Assembly (NCBI GenBank): GCA_016931055.1
Contig: JAFGFL010000072.1
Location: forward strand, 1-57,700
DNA length: 57,700 nt
Direction: 5' to 3'
From: Candidatus Omnitrophota bacterium
GTDB taxonomy: Bacteria; Omnitrophota; Gorgyraeia; Zapsychrales; Zapsychraceae
In this document: one piece after another, positions 38,397-48,460 of the stretch
Position numbering within the stretch: position 1 is the stretch's first letter
How the letters are laid out: each line of letters begins with the position of its first letter
The notes under the pieces: generated by a model
What the model was told of the DNA's origin: nothing
The model's database searches: none
What the model saw: only the letters and a program-made list of their open reading frames with translations
Translations under genes and position numbers: made by a program

Positions 38397-40229
38397 TTAA
38401 GGCGCTTTTTTAGAACGGTATGGTTTAAGAAGTGCGGCGAGAGCGGGATTTTCAAACCCTAAGGCTGCTGCCTTTTCATAATACTCGACCGCCAGGTCAT
38501 AGGATTGCTCATAATAGTAAAGAGCGGACAAATTATTGTATCCCTGCGCGAAGAGAGGATTTTGTTTAACGGCTTTCGTGAAGAGCTGAATGGCCTTTTC
38601 CTTTTCGCCCCTCATATTGTAAACGACACCGAGGTTGTTATACGCTTCCGTATAATACGGGTCAATCTCGATCGCCTGCTCATACAGCTTAACGGCATCT
38701 CCCAAACCACCGAAATCTTTATACACATTCCCCAAATTGTTATAGGCCTCCGCGTATTCCGGTTCGTGGTCAACCGCCTTCTGAAATAACTCTCCGGCAT
38801 CCTGCTTTCTCCCCTCATTGTAATAAATAATGCCCAAGTTATTATTGACCCTTGAATTATCCGGCGCATATTTCAAAGTCTCTTCATAGAAGGCCTTGGG
38901 CTCTTTCCAATATGCGTTTTGACGGAAGGTTAACAGGGAATAATATGCCAAAGCGCCAACGACAACCGCAATGGCCGCAGCCCGGAACTTGTCAATCGTA
39001 TAGGCGCGTTTAAGCCACCGCGAAAGCATAATAAACAAGCCGACCGATGGCAAATACAGCCAGTGCTCGGCCATGAACGCGTTAATGGGATACAGGTTCG
39101 CATGGGGAAAAAGGGTTGTGAGAAACCACACGATGCAAAAAAACGCCAGCCCGTCACGCTTCCTGACCCTGAACGCATAAACAATCAAACCGCATAAAAT
39201 CATGATCCCTCCGATTGCCCGCGGGTCGGCAAAAGAAAATGTGTCATTCCCGTAGGCCATGTGAAGCGGAAAGGGAAACAGCAAGAACCGGGCATAATGC
39301 AAGACGGCAACCAAAAACCCTGGCGCCCGTTCCCATATCGTAGTCGTATAATAGGTATGCGCGAGCAAAAATTTAAGCGCCGTTACCCTCAGGATGATAT
39401 AGACCAAAGAAAGCGCCAACACCGAAATAAACGCCTTGGCCTCCATTCTTTTATTGAAACTGAAATGGTAAAGCAGGATTAATGCGGGGAAAACAAGGCT
39501 GTTTTCTCTAGATAATAGCGCCAAGACATAACAGAATAAGGTCAGAGCCAATGAGCCGGCCTTTTGGGAGTCAAGATATCTGATATAAAAAATAACGGCA
39601 AGAAGGAAAAACGCGGCTGATAATGAATCCGCCCTTCCGGCAATATACGCGACCGCTTCGGTATGAAGCGGATGGACAACAAAGAATAGCGCCGACAGAA
39701 GGGCTGTTCCCCCACTGCCCGTCAGGAGATGGGCGAGCCAGAACACGGCCATCGCCGCCAGGACATGCCATAAGATACTGGCCATGTGGTAACCGCGGAC
39801 ATCCGATTTCCACAACGCATAATCAACCGCGTAAGTCAACTCCTGGATGGGACGGTAAAACGCGAAAGTCCTCTCTCCTTCGTCTGTCCTTCTTTTTAAG
39901 AAAAGCTCCGGGACTGTTGTCATACTTTTGATCTGGCGGTTGTTCTCAATGAGATGTTCGTCATCCCAAATGAATTGGCCGTTAATGGCGCTTCCGTAGG
40001 CCCCGAATCCCAAAAGCACGATTAAAACAAGAGACATTCCTATGGCGCGAAAATCAGAAAATGCCCGCGTCTTGCGGCGGAGATTTTGGGCATCCCCTTT
40101 TTGTTTCTGTTTCCCAAGGACTTTCCAGACCTTCTGCTCCTTGATGCCGAGCTTGTGGGCGATATCTTTGGCGGACATCCTGCTGCTATTTTCTAAAATA
40201 TATTTTCTATCTTTATGGTCCATTCCCAT
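38397..40229 (-). CDS. TMTC-like GT-C membrane protein with TPRs and an N-terminal HTH-like segment
   Basis: FIWDD, YRP, HPLHTEAV, AEHWLYLPS; C-terminal NNLG TPRs. Confidence 0.85.
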   Translation of the reverse strand: MGMDHKDRKYILENSSRMSAKDIAHKLGIKEQKVWKVLGKQKQKGDAQNLRRKTRAFSDFRAIGMSLVLIVLLGFGAYGSAINGQFIWDDEHLIENNRQIKSMTTVPELFLKRRTDEGERTFAFYRPIQELTYAVDYALWKSDVRGYHMASILWHVLAAMAVFWLAHLLTGSGGTALLSALFFVVHPLHTEAVAYIAGRADSLSAAFFLLAVIFYIRYLDSQKAGSLALTLFCYVLALLSRENSLVFPALILLYHFSFNKRMEAKAFISVLALSLVYIILRVTALKFLLAHTYYTTTIWERAPGFLVAVLHYARFLLFPFPLHMAYGNDTFSFADPRAIGGIMILCGLIVYAFRVRKRDGLAFFCIVWFLTTLFPHANLYPINAFMAEHWLYLPSVGLFIMLSRWLKRAYTIDKFRAAAIAVVVGALAYYSLLTFRQNAYWKEPKAFYEETLKYAPDNSRVNNNLGIIYYNEGRKQDAGELFQKAVDHEPEYAEAYNNLGNVYKDFGGLGDAVKLYEQAIEIDPYYTEAYNNLGVVYNMRGEKEKAIQLFTKAVKQNPLFAQGYNNLSALYYYEQSYDLAVEYYEKAAALGFENPALAALLKPYRSKKAP

Positions 40230-40291
40230 TTTTCCGCTTTTTTAAAACAGGGGACTGGCACTTAAGGGCCTGTCCCCTTGGGCATTGCGTT

Positions 40292-40885
40292 TTATTGGCC
40301 GAATATTCTCATGACGCCTTTCCTGATCATCATGACCCCGATCGCGGCCAGAAGAAGCGCCATGACTTTGGAAAGCGCGTTCGCCCCGGCTTTCCCGAGC
40401 GCGCGCATTAGAATATCGGACCAGCCAAAGATCAAACCAACTATGATCAAGTTGAGAATGACCGCCGAAACCGTAATGATGACCCCGAACTGATCGATCA
40501 GCATCAGGCATGTGGTCAGGACAGCCGGCCCGACAATCAAAGGCGTGCCGATGGGCACGACCCCCGTGTCTTCGTCGGGAATCCTCCTTTGTTTGCCCGG
40601 GGCGGCCAAATCGATAACGGCAATGCAAAAAAGAATAATCCCACCGGCGATCATAAAATCGCCAATGGTTATGCCCAGCGCTCTGAAAATGGCCTTTCCC
40701 AGAAAAATAAAGACCAACGCCAGGCACAATGCGGTAATCATCGAATACAGAATGATTTTCTTTTTGTGCCCCTTCTCTAGATTGGCCGTGAGGGCCACAA
40801 AGATCGGAAGAACCCCCAGAGGGTCAACTGCCACAAAAAGAGGGATAAAGGCCAGCAAAAAGTTATTAAGGAAATTTCCCATCAT
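40292..40885 (-). CDS. MarC-family membrane protein
   Basis: VDPLG, IAGGIILF, PIGTPLIVGP. Confidence 0.92.
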   Translation of the reverse strand: MMGNFLNNFLLAFIPLFVAVDPLGVLPIFVALTANLEKGHKKKIILYSMITALCLALVFIFLGKAIFRALGITIGDFMIAGGIILFCIAVIDLAAPGKQRRIPDEDTGVVPIGTPLIVGPAVLTTCLMLIDQFGVIITVSAVILNLIIVGLIFGWSDILMRALGKAGANALSKVMALLLAAIGVMMIRKGVMRIFGQ

Positions 40886-40968
40886 AGTTCTCCCTTACGC
40901 ATGTTTAATTTTTTTCGGTTTAATTATAACACAAGGCAATACGGTGACGATTTTATTTATAAATAAAT

Positions 40969-41152
40969 GAGGGGCCGTGGAGTTTTTAATTGTCATCGAC
41001 CCCTCATCCTGCCCTCGCTTCCTCTAAATTTTTTAAGGAAAGCGAGGACTATACTTGTTTCCTCTATCAAATTTAAGGAAAACAAATATGAGCGGAGCCC
41101 CGAGGCGTCGCTGAGGGTGAGCCCCTCGAGAGGAAAAACTCCCCGGGGGCTC
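40969..41152. mobile_element. MITE copy C
   Basis: TSD AAATAAAT at 40961-40968 and 41153-41160; same TIRs as copy A. Confidence 0.85.
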
Positions 41153-41175
41153 AAATAAATGCGGGCATTCCCTAA

Positions 41176-42141
41176 TCACAAATCAATCCGCCAAGAGCGG
41201 TGGATCAGCTTGTTGCGGTAGTCCTCCGGGATCGTCGCAGGCGTGAGCTCTTGGATGCTGTTTACTTTAAGCCGGCTGAACTTCGGGTCGAAACGCTGAT
41301 GGTTTGTGGAGAAAACCACCGTTGAGCCTTGGGCCATGACCGAAAAGACTTTTTGAAGAAGCTCGGGATGGTGGCAGTTAATGTCAAACCTCCCTTTGCC
41401 GCGGCGCTGGGAAAATGAGGGGGGATCAACAAAGGCCAGCGTGAACCTCCGCCCTTCTTGGCGCAGGCGCTGTAGATATGCCTCTGCATCTGACCGCACA
41501 AATTCATAGGCAGGATCATTTATGTTGTTGAGTTTAACATTATCTTTAGCCCAGGCAATATACGCCGCTGACCTGTCGACGGTCACAATCGATTTCGCCC
41601 CGCCTTTTGCCGCCGCGCAACTGAAGGCGCCCGTATAAGCATAAAGGTTCAGGAAATCCCGGCCGCGCGCCATCTCGCGGATCAAAACGCGCGTCTCGCG
41701 GTGGTCGGAAAATAATCCCGTATCAAGGGACCGGTCCAAGTTAACCCAGAACTTCAGGTCGCGTTCGGATACGACGAAGCGTTTGCCTTTATCCTCCGCG
41801 CGCGCGTATCGCACTTCCCCGCGGCTCTGCGTCTGCCTCCGCTTTAAGAATATTTTATCCGGTGGGACATTAAGGGCCTCGCCCGCGGCCTTGGCTATGC
41901 GCGGCAGCCATTCGGGCCCCGTCTGCAGTCGAACGTATTCGCCGATCACAAGATGGCCTTTGTACCAATCGACGACCGCGCGCACCTCAGGGATATCACG
42001 GTCGTAAAGGCGGAAGACATCGATATGCGCGCGCCTGAAGCGGCGCGCCAGGTGCCTGTAACGGTTCTTCAGACGGTTGGCGAAAATCTCGGCGTGATGC
42101 TCGGCCTTCCCGGCCGTGACATAATGTTTCGGCTTGTCCAT
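41176..42141 (-). CDS. Class I SAM methyltransferase, RlmK/RlmI-like
   Basis: RLYDRDIPE, DTGLFSDHR, FLNLYAYTG, DPPSFS. Confidence 0.88.
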   Translation of the reverse strand: MDKPKHYVTAGKAEHHAEIFANRLKNRYRHLARRFRRAHIDVFRLYDRDIPEVRAVVDWYKGHLVIGEYVRLQTGPEWLPRIAKAAGEALNVPPDKIFLKRRQTQSRGEVRYARAEDKGKRFVVSERDLKFWVNLDRSLDTGLFSDHRETRVLIREMARGRDFLNLYAYTGAFSCAAAKGGAKSIVTVDRSAAYIAWAKDNVKLNNINDPAYEFVRSDAEAYLQRLRQEGRRFTLAFVDPPSFSQRRGKGRFDINCHHPELLQKVFSVMAQGSTVVFSTNHQRFDPKFSRLKVNSIQELTPATIPEDYRNKLIHRSWRIDL

Positions 42142-42172
42142 TTTCCTTCTTGCTGCGCGGGTTAGGATTTGG

Positions 42173-42988
42173 TTAGATGAATAAAAGGAGGCTTAGCGCC
42201 ATGACCGCCATGCCGGCCACAAAACCGTAAATGCAGTAGTGGTGCTCGCCGTACTCCTCGGCAGACGGCACAAGCTCGTCAATGGAGATAAAGACCATGA
42301 TCCCGGCGACACCGGCAAATATCGTCCCGAAAACGACCTGATTGAAGAACGGCCTTAAAAGCACATAGCCGATCAAGGCGCCGACGGGTTCCGCGAGCCC
42401 CGAAAGAAAGGAATAGACAAAGGCCTTCCTTCTTTTGCCGGAAGCGTAATAGATCGGCACCGAAACGGCAATGCCCTCGGGAATATTATGGACCGCGACC
42501 GCCACAGCGATCATGACCCCCAGTTTCGTGTCCCCCAAAGCGCTCATGAACGTCGCGATGCCTTCGGGGAAGTTGTGGATCGCGATCGCCAAGGCCACGA
42601 ACGTCCCCGTGCGGTGAAGAGACGGTATGGACCTTCCCTCCCCGTTCTCGGGAAGATGATGGATCTCGTGGGGATTTTCCTCTTTGGGGATAAGATTGTC
42701 GATCATGGCGACCAAGGCGATGCCGCCGAAGAAGGCCCCAACGGTACTCCAAGACCCCGCTTTCACGCCAAGCACTTCGACCAAACTGTCCTTCGCCTTA
42801 AAAAAGATCTCAACCAGCGAAATATAGATCATGACCCCGGCCGAAAATCCCAGCGCCGCCGACAAAAAACCCTTGTTATAACCTCTGGCAAAGAACGCGA
42901 TCGTGCTTCCGATCCCGGTCGAAAGCCCGGCAAACACCGTCAGGCCAAAGGCAATCATCACCTGGTATGTGGAAATATTTTCAAACAT
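42173..42988 (-). CDS. zupT: ZIP-family zinc transporter
   Basis: HNFPEG, HNIPEG, SGLAEP, GIMVFISIDEL. Confidence 0.93.
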   Translation of the reverse strand: MFENISTYQVMIAFGLTVFAGLSTGIGSTIAFFARGYNKGFLSAALGFSAGVMIYISLVEIFFKAKDSLVEVLGVKAGSWSTVGAFFGGIALVAMIDNLIPKEENPHEIHHLPENGEGRSIPSLHRTGTFVALAIAIHNFPEGIATFMSALGDTKLGVMIAVAVAVHNIPEGIAVSVPIYYASGKRRKAFVYSFLSGLAEPVGALIGYVLLRPFFNQVVFGTIFAGVAGIMVFISIDELVPSAEEYGEHHYCIYGFVAGMAVMALSLLLFI

Positions 42989-43071
42989 TCTTGATCCCTT
43001 CAGGAAATGGGAAGATTTTAGGGACGGTTACTTTTGAAGCAGGCGCAAATCCCTTCAGGTTCGATTACGCA

Positions 43072-44283
43072 TTAAAAGCGGAGGCCCATCTTGACGCCGT
43101 ATTCCGTGGTATTATTGGCCGGCTCGATCCAGAGGCTGTCCGGGGTGCCGTAAATGGTCAAAATATCCATATCCGAATCATCGATGTTCCAGTACCTGAC
43201 AAACGGCTCGATAAATAAATGATAACCATTGTTCTGCTTGATAAGCTTGAAAGAGCCCCTGGCGCCGTAACCTGAATCCTGGTCGTTTATCAGCGTATTG
43301 TACGCGGGATGGGCATCCTCAAAATGGCTTCTTTGCGTCCCGAACAAGAAGTAATCATACTCAAAGGTCATTTCAAATAACCAGCTGTTGCCGATCCTTG
43401 TCCGTGTGTCAAGCCCCAAAGGAAGGTAATAATAAAACGATTCCCGGTCATAGCTGGCGGCACCCGTCGTCGTTAACTTCCCGCCGGAATCATCCTTCAG
43501 GTACCGGAAGCCAAAACCAGCATAAGGCGTCAGGCGGGACGAACTGCGCACAGGAATATCGTAGCCCACGGTTCCCCTGGTCTCGAACATATAATGCCTG
43601 TCATCGTAGCTCTCTCCCGAGCCTTCCGACCTATAATCGAGGTCACCGCCGCTGAATTTCGCGTCCAACCGGAACACGTTAATGCTGTTGTCATCGGAAA
43701 AAATGTCGCCGATCTTTTGAATATGCTTGTTATCCGATGTCCTGAACGTGACGACGCCGTAAATGCCATACATACTCCCTTTGGTCCGCATCAAATCCGG
43801 CTCCGCATATCGATAGTTCGAGACCTCCGCGCCAATATCAACAGTGGTTAATTTTGATTTAATCCAATCAGAAGAATCATCCGAAGGCTTATCGCGTAAA
43901 TCCCCAATATCCTTTGCATAATCATATTCATTGTCGAGACTGGAATCAACTTGCGTTTCCGCTCTTGAATAAGCCCTTGGCCCTTCCCACGTGTCACTAA
44001 CAACCGTTGCGTCATAATAATGATCCGCTTTGGCAATTCGGGCGAGCTCATCTGCGCCGGAATATCGGGAAGTACACGTGCTGCCCCAACTAATGCCCCC
44101 CCCTGAGCTGATTTGCCGGCTGATGCAGTCCATTTCCTGGTCCATAAGGGTCTCACGGTAATCCCCATCCAATGTCTGTCGAGCGTCAGTTGGAGTTGAT
44201 GTGAATATCCAAAGGCATGCCATTACAATCAATGGTATGAATTTGTGGATAGGCCTGTAATGATGCTGAATATGAATTTCCAT
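43072..44283 (-). CDS. Outer-membrane beta-barrel protein
   Basis: Amphipathic strands and C-terminal F; start position uncertain. Confidence 0.75.
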   Translation of the reverse strand: MEIHIQHHYRPIHKFIPLIVMACLWIFTSTPTDARQTLDGDYRETLMDQEMDCISRQISSGGGISWGSTCTSRYSGADELARIAKADHYYDATVVSDTWEGPRAYSRAETQVDSSLDNEYDYAKDIGDLRDKPSDDSSDWIKSKLTTVDIGAEVSNYRYAEPDLMRTKGSMYGIYGVVTFRTSDNKHIQKIGDIFSDDNSINVFRLDAKFSGGDLDYRSEGSGESYDDRHYMFETRGTVGYDIPVRSSSRLTPYAGFGFRYLKDDSGGKLTTTGAASYDRESFYYYLPLGLDTRTRIGNSWLFEMTFEYDYFLFGTQRSHFEDAHPAYNTLINDQDSGYGARGSFKLIKQNNGYHLFIEPFVRYWNIDDSDMDILTIYGTPDSLWIEPANNTTEYGVKMGLRF

Positions 44284-44550
44284 ATCCATAGAATAAAGGC
44301 AATTTCTCATCAACACAATAAAAATCCATATTTTTTATACTGCTCAATGTAGAAACCCCAAACCAGCATTTAAGATATGCCTTTCATAACGGCATTAGAA
44401 TATCGTATGCGGGATTGTTTGTAACTTTTAAAATAACTTTCAGGATGCGCCGCAATTTCATACAGGCCTCTGGAAAGGCGCGCGATCAGCCCTGTTTTTT
44501 TTAACAGAGACCTGTTGACTCGCGCTTGAGGATATATAGAATAGAAGATA

Positions 44551-45369
44551 ATGGAAACGGCCTGCACATTCAAAAATTCCCAAAACTGTTTTTACGTTTT
44601 CTTTTTAATAGCCGCGCCTCTATTGCTGAGCTCATGCGTGGTCATCAGGACGGCACCTAAAATCGAACAGCCGCCTTCTGCGGTCAAGTCTCCGGCAAGA
44701 CCTTCGGCTAAACCCGAGATCCGTTCCGCAGCACGTCCATCGGCCGCCTCGCGCGGATTTAGAACACATATTGTCGCCCCGGGGGAAACGCTCTGGCGCA
44801 TTAGTAAAATCTACGATGTCCCTCTGGCCTCGATCATGAGCACAAACCGCGTTAAAGGTGACCAGGATTTGCAGTTAGGGCAGACATTAAACATCCCCTC
44901 CGCCAAAGAGCCCGAGCAGATCATCACCTTATACCCATCGCATAAATGGAAATATATTGTGGTCCACCACAGCGCAACGGATGAAGGCAGCTCGCTTCAA
45001 TTTCATTCATACCACCAAAACAAAGGCTGGGACAGCGTCGGTTATCACTTTGTGATCGATAACGGAAAAAGCGGCAAGCCGGACGGCTTTATTGAGATCA
45101 CCCCGAGATGGTTGCAGCAACTGGACGGCGCCCATTGCAAGGCCTCGGAGATGAACACCAAGGCCATCGGCATCTGTTTGGTCGGGGATTTCAATAAAAG
45201 TGAACCCACAAAAGCCCAGAAGGATTCTTTGGCCTTTCTCGTCAAAAAATTACAACGGTATTATAAAATTCACGCCCATAAAATTTTGGGGCACAAGCAG
45301 GTGCCGGGAAGCAATACGGAATGCCCTGGGAAAAATTTCCCTTGGAGTTGGTTCAAAAAACAATTGTAA
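44551..45369 (+). CDS. LysM plus amidase_2 N-acetylmuramoyl-L-alanine amidase lipoprotein
   Basis: LSSC lipobox, GETLWRIS LysM, VVHHSA, GYHF, GHK, TECPG. Confidence 0.9.
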   Translation: METACTFKNSQNCFYVFFLIAAPLLLSSCVVIRTAPKIEQPPSAVKSPARPSAKPEIRSAARPSAASRGFRTHIVAPGETLWRISKIYDVPLASIMSTNRVKGDQDLQLGQTLNIPSAKEPEQIITLYPSHKWKYIVVHHSATDEGSSLQFHSYHQNKGWDSVGYHFVIDNGKSGKPDGFIEITPRWLQQLDGAHCKASEMNTKAIGICLVGDFNKSEPTKAQKDSLAFLVKKLQRYYKIHAHKILGHKQVPGSNTECPGKNFPWSWFKKQL

Positions 45370-45437
45370 TTATTCATGAAGGAATTGAGTCACGCGTCCC
45401 CTTAATTCTTAATCCTTCTGAGGCTACAATAAAATTT

Positions 45438-47099
45438 ATGCACCGGCCGTTTGCCCTATTGATTATCTTGCTCTTGATCGCCGTTTGTTACGGACAGTGC
45501 CTTTTTTTCGATTTCCTGAATTGGGATGACCCTTCCCATTTTCTCGACAACCCATCGGTCCAGTCATTAAGCCCCAAGAACATCCTTGAAATTTTTCGAA
45601 CGACCGTAGATCAAATTTACATTCCTCTTTCGGTTCTTTCCCATGCCGTGGAACATCATTTCTTTTCCTTCAACCCGATGATCTATCATTTCCACAATAT
45701 CCTTCTGCATATCGGGGTAACGATCCTTGTTTTTTTCTTCGGCCGGCAATGCGGTTTGACAGAAAACGCTTCTTTGATCGCAGCCCTCATCTTCGGCATC
45801 CATCCCATGCACGTGGAATCCGTCACCTGGGTGACAGAGCGCAAAGGCATGCTTTACGCGCTTCTTTATATGGCGTCCCTCTGCGCTTACGGCTCCTACC
45901 TGAAACGCAAGAAATTTACCCTTTATGGAATATCTCTGTTATGCGGAATATTGAGCATCCTGGCAAAACCAACGGCCCTGAGTTTGCCTTTAGTCCTTTT
46001 TGTTTGCGACTGGATTCATAACAGAAAGATCAATATCCGGATCCTGGCCGAAAAATTGCCTTTCTTTCTTTATTCCGGCGCCATCGCCTGGATCACCTTT
46101 GTCCTTGTCTATAACAGGATCCCCGTCGAAAATTTCTCCAAAGGCGCGCTTGTTTGGATCTGGACGTTTTCTTTTTATATTTTCCAATTCTTTTTGCCGT
46201 CCCGCTTATCCCTGATTTACCCGATCCCGGAACCCATAAGCCTTGGGAACCCCGCTTACTTATTTTCCGTCATACTGGTTGCAATCTTGGCTGGAGGATT
46301 AATGATCCTTAAATCCCGGCGATGGCACATGATTGCCCTTCTCTTGTATTTTTTTCAGATTTTTTTCCTTTTGCGTTTTAATGACAAAACCGGGGTGAAT
46401 GTCGTCGCGGACCGGTTTATGTATTTGCCGAGCCTTGGCTTCTGCCTGCTATTGGGTTATCTGTTTGACTCACTCATCACCGCCTCAAATGATCCTGAAC
46501 ATTTTCGGCAAAATAAAGCGGCCAAGGCCGCTGTTATCCTATACCTGGGCGCGCTATCCATCATGACGTTCATCCAGGTCCAGGTGTGGAAAAATGATAT
46601 GACTTTGTGGTCTTCGGTCCTGCGGATCAATCCCCATTGCGATATCGCCTACCATAACCGGGGGTATGCCTTCATGCAGAAAGGTCAATATGCCTTGGCC
46701 CTGTCGGATTTTCAAAGGGCGCTGGATCTTAATCCCCGTCGGCCTGAAACATATAATAACCGGGGAATGATTTTTGCGAAGCTTGGCCAGTCCCAAAAGG
46801 CTTTGGCGGAATTTGAAAAAGCGCTGCTGATCCAGCCCGGATCAAGCGCTGTCTTCATCAACCGCGGGAACCTTTATCGGGATGAAGGAAAATTATCCGG
46901 CGCGATAAAAGAATATGACCGAGTCCTTCATCTGCCAGAAACTGACCCGCTGATGCGGGCCCTGGCATATGCCGAAAAAGCTTACGCGTTGTATCTCAAA
47001 GAAGATCCCGCGGCGGCGCTTCAGCACATCGGTCAGGCTCTTGCTATCTTCCCCGACCTGGACAAAGCCCTCAAATACCGGGCCCTGATCAACCGATAG
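45438..47099 (+). CDS. TMTC-like GT-C membrane protein with TPRs
   Basis: NWDD, HPMHVESV.W..ERK, ADRFMYLP, NRG TPRs. Confidence 0.85.
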   Translation: MHRPFALLIILLLIAVCYGQCLFFDFLNWDDPSHFLDNPSVQSLSPKNILEIFRTTVDQIYIPLSVLSHAVEHHFFSFNPMIYHFHNILLHIGVTILVFFFGRQCGLTENASLIAALIFGIHPMHVESVTWVTERKGMLYALLYMASLCAYGSYLKRKKFTLYGISLLCGILSILAKPTALSLPLVLFVCDWIHNRKINIRILAEKLPFFLYSGAIAWITFVLVYNRIPVENFSKGALVWIWTFSFYIFQFFLPSRLSLIYPIPEPISLGNPAYLFSVILVAILAGGLMILKSRRWHMIALLLYFFQIFFLLRFNDKTGVNVVADRFMYLPSLGFCLLLGYLFDSLITASNDPEHFRQNKAAKAAVILYLGALSIMTFIQVQVWKNDMTLWSSVLRINPHCDIAYHNRGYAFMQKGQYALALSDFQRALDLNPRRPETYNNRGMIFAKLGQSQKALAEFEKALLIQPGSSAVFINRGNLYRDEGKLSGAIKEYDRVLHLPETDPLMRALAYAEKAYALYLKEDPAAALQHIGQALAIFPDLDKALKYRALINR

Positions 47100-47225
47100 G
47101 GCGAACCCGCTTCAACTCCCGGAGTTGAAGTGGGGGTTGCTTCCCACCCGTTCCTAAAAGATTTATTGTGATTTAAAGAATCTGTTTTATAATAGACGCT
47201 CAGACGGATTGATAGGAAACTGACC

Positions 47226-47435
47226 ATGCCCATCGATGGCTATATGGATTACCAACGGCGCGAATACTGCAAAGACATCCGCTGCCCGCTTCAGATCGAA
47301 TTGGATTTATATCCGCAGGGGTCTGACGGCTATGAACGGACCCGGCGGGAATGCCGAACCCATTGCCGCTTTTCAGCGCATCAATTCCATCATTGGCTGA
47401 CCAATAAAGGATACCAAATCGTCCGGCCGGAATAA
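47226..47435 (+). CDS. Small Cys/His-rich protein
   Basis: YCKDIRC...CRTHC...FHHWL; first gene of the lsrF operon. Confidence 0.75.
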   Translation: MPIDGYMDYQRREYCKDIRCPLQIELDLYPQGSDGYERTRRECRTHCRFSAHQFHHWLTNKGYQIVRPE

Positions 47436-47466
47436 AGCTAAACGCTTATCAACAGGAGGGAATCAC

Positions 47467-48279
47467 ATGGACTGGGGAATGAAAAACCGGTTAAACCATC
47501 TTATGCCAAACGGCAAATGCTTTTTTATGCCGATCGACCACGGCTATTTCCAAGGGCCGACTACAGGATTAGAAAGACCAGGCGACACCGTCCGGCCGCT
47601 ATTGCCGTATGTGGACGCGCTTTTCTGCACGCGCGGCGTCCTGCGTTCCGCGATCGACGCGGCGATCAGCAAGCCCATCGTCTTGAGGGTCTCGGGCGGC
47701 GCCAGCATCATCGGGGCGGATTTGGCCAACGAAGAAATAACGACATCCATTCGGGAAGTGATCCGCGTCAACGCCGCCGCTGTCGGCATGTCGATCTTTG
47801 TCGGAAGCGCCTACGAGCGCCAGTCGCTTTCAAACCTTGGGAAGCTCGTCAATGACTGCGAAGATTACGGCATCCCGGTCATGGCCGTGACCGCCGTCGG
47901 CAAGGAACTGGTGAAGCGCGAGGCGCGCTATCTGGCCTTGTGCTGCCGCATTGCCGCCGAGCTTGGCGCGAGGGTCGTCAAGACCTACTGGTGCGGAGAA
48001 TTCGAGAAAGTCGTCAACGGATGCCCCGTTCCGGTCATCATGGCCGGCGGCCCGAAGTGCGATACACAGAAGGAAGTTTTTGAGTTCGTCCATGACGGAA
48101 TGCAGAAAGGCGCGGCCGGGATTAATTTAGGCCGTAACGTCTGGAAAACGCCCCATCCTGTCGCCGTCGCCAAGGCCCTGCGGGCCATTGTCCACAACAA
48201 TGCCTCTGTGAAGGAAGCGACGGAGATCTTCAAGGAAACAACAGAAGACAAGACACCGGCAGGCGTCCGGCAGGAATAA
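47467..48279 (+). CDS. lsrF: LsrF-like class I aldolase/thiolase
   Basis: MDWGMKNR, DHGYFQGPT, ELGA.VVKTY, AGGPK, GRNVW. Confidence 0.9.
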   Translation: MDWGMKNRLNHLMPNGKCFFMPIDHGYFQGPTTGLERPGDTVRPLLPYVDALFCTRGVLRSAIDAAISKPIVLRVSGGASIIGADLANEEITTSIREVIRVNAAAVGMSIFVGSAYERQSLSNLGKLVNDCEDYGIPVMAVTAVGKELVKREARYLALCCRIAAELGARVVKTYWCGEFEKVVNGCPVPVIMAGGPKCDTQKEVFEFVHDGMQKGAAGINLGRNVWKTPHPVAVAKALRAIVHNNASVKEATEIFKETTEDKTPAGVRQE

Positions 48280-48458
48280 TGACAAATGAAAAATTCCAAA
48301 TGCCAAATGAAATCCAAATAACCAATGTCAAATATGTCATCAACCCCTTTGGATTTTGTCATTTGACATTTATTTGCCCCTCGCGTTGCTCGGGATTATT
48401 GCGAGGAGTACTTGCGCGAAGCGCAATGTATCATTTGCCATTTGTCATTTGACATTTA
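48279..48458. repeat. Inverted arrays of degenerate heptamers (AATGNCA / TGNCATT)
   Basis: atgacaa-atg..tgccaaa..tgtcaaa on the left; tgtcatt-tgacatt on the right. Confidence 0.7.
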
Positions 48459-48460
48459 AA

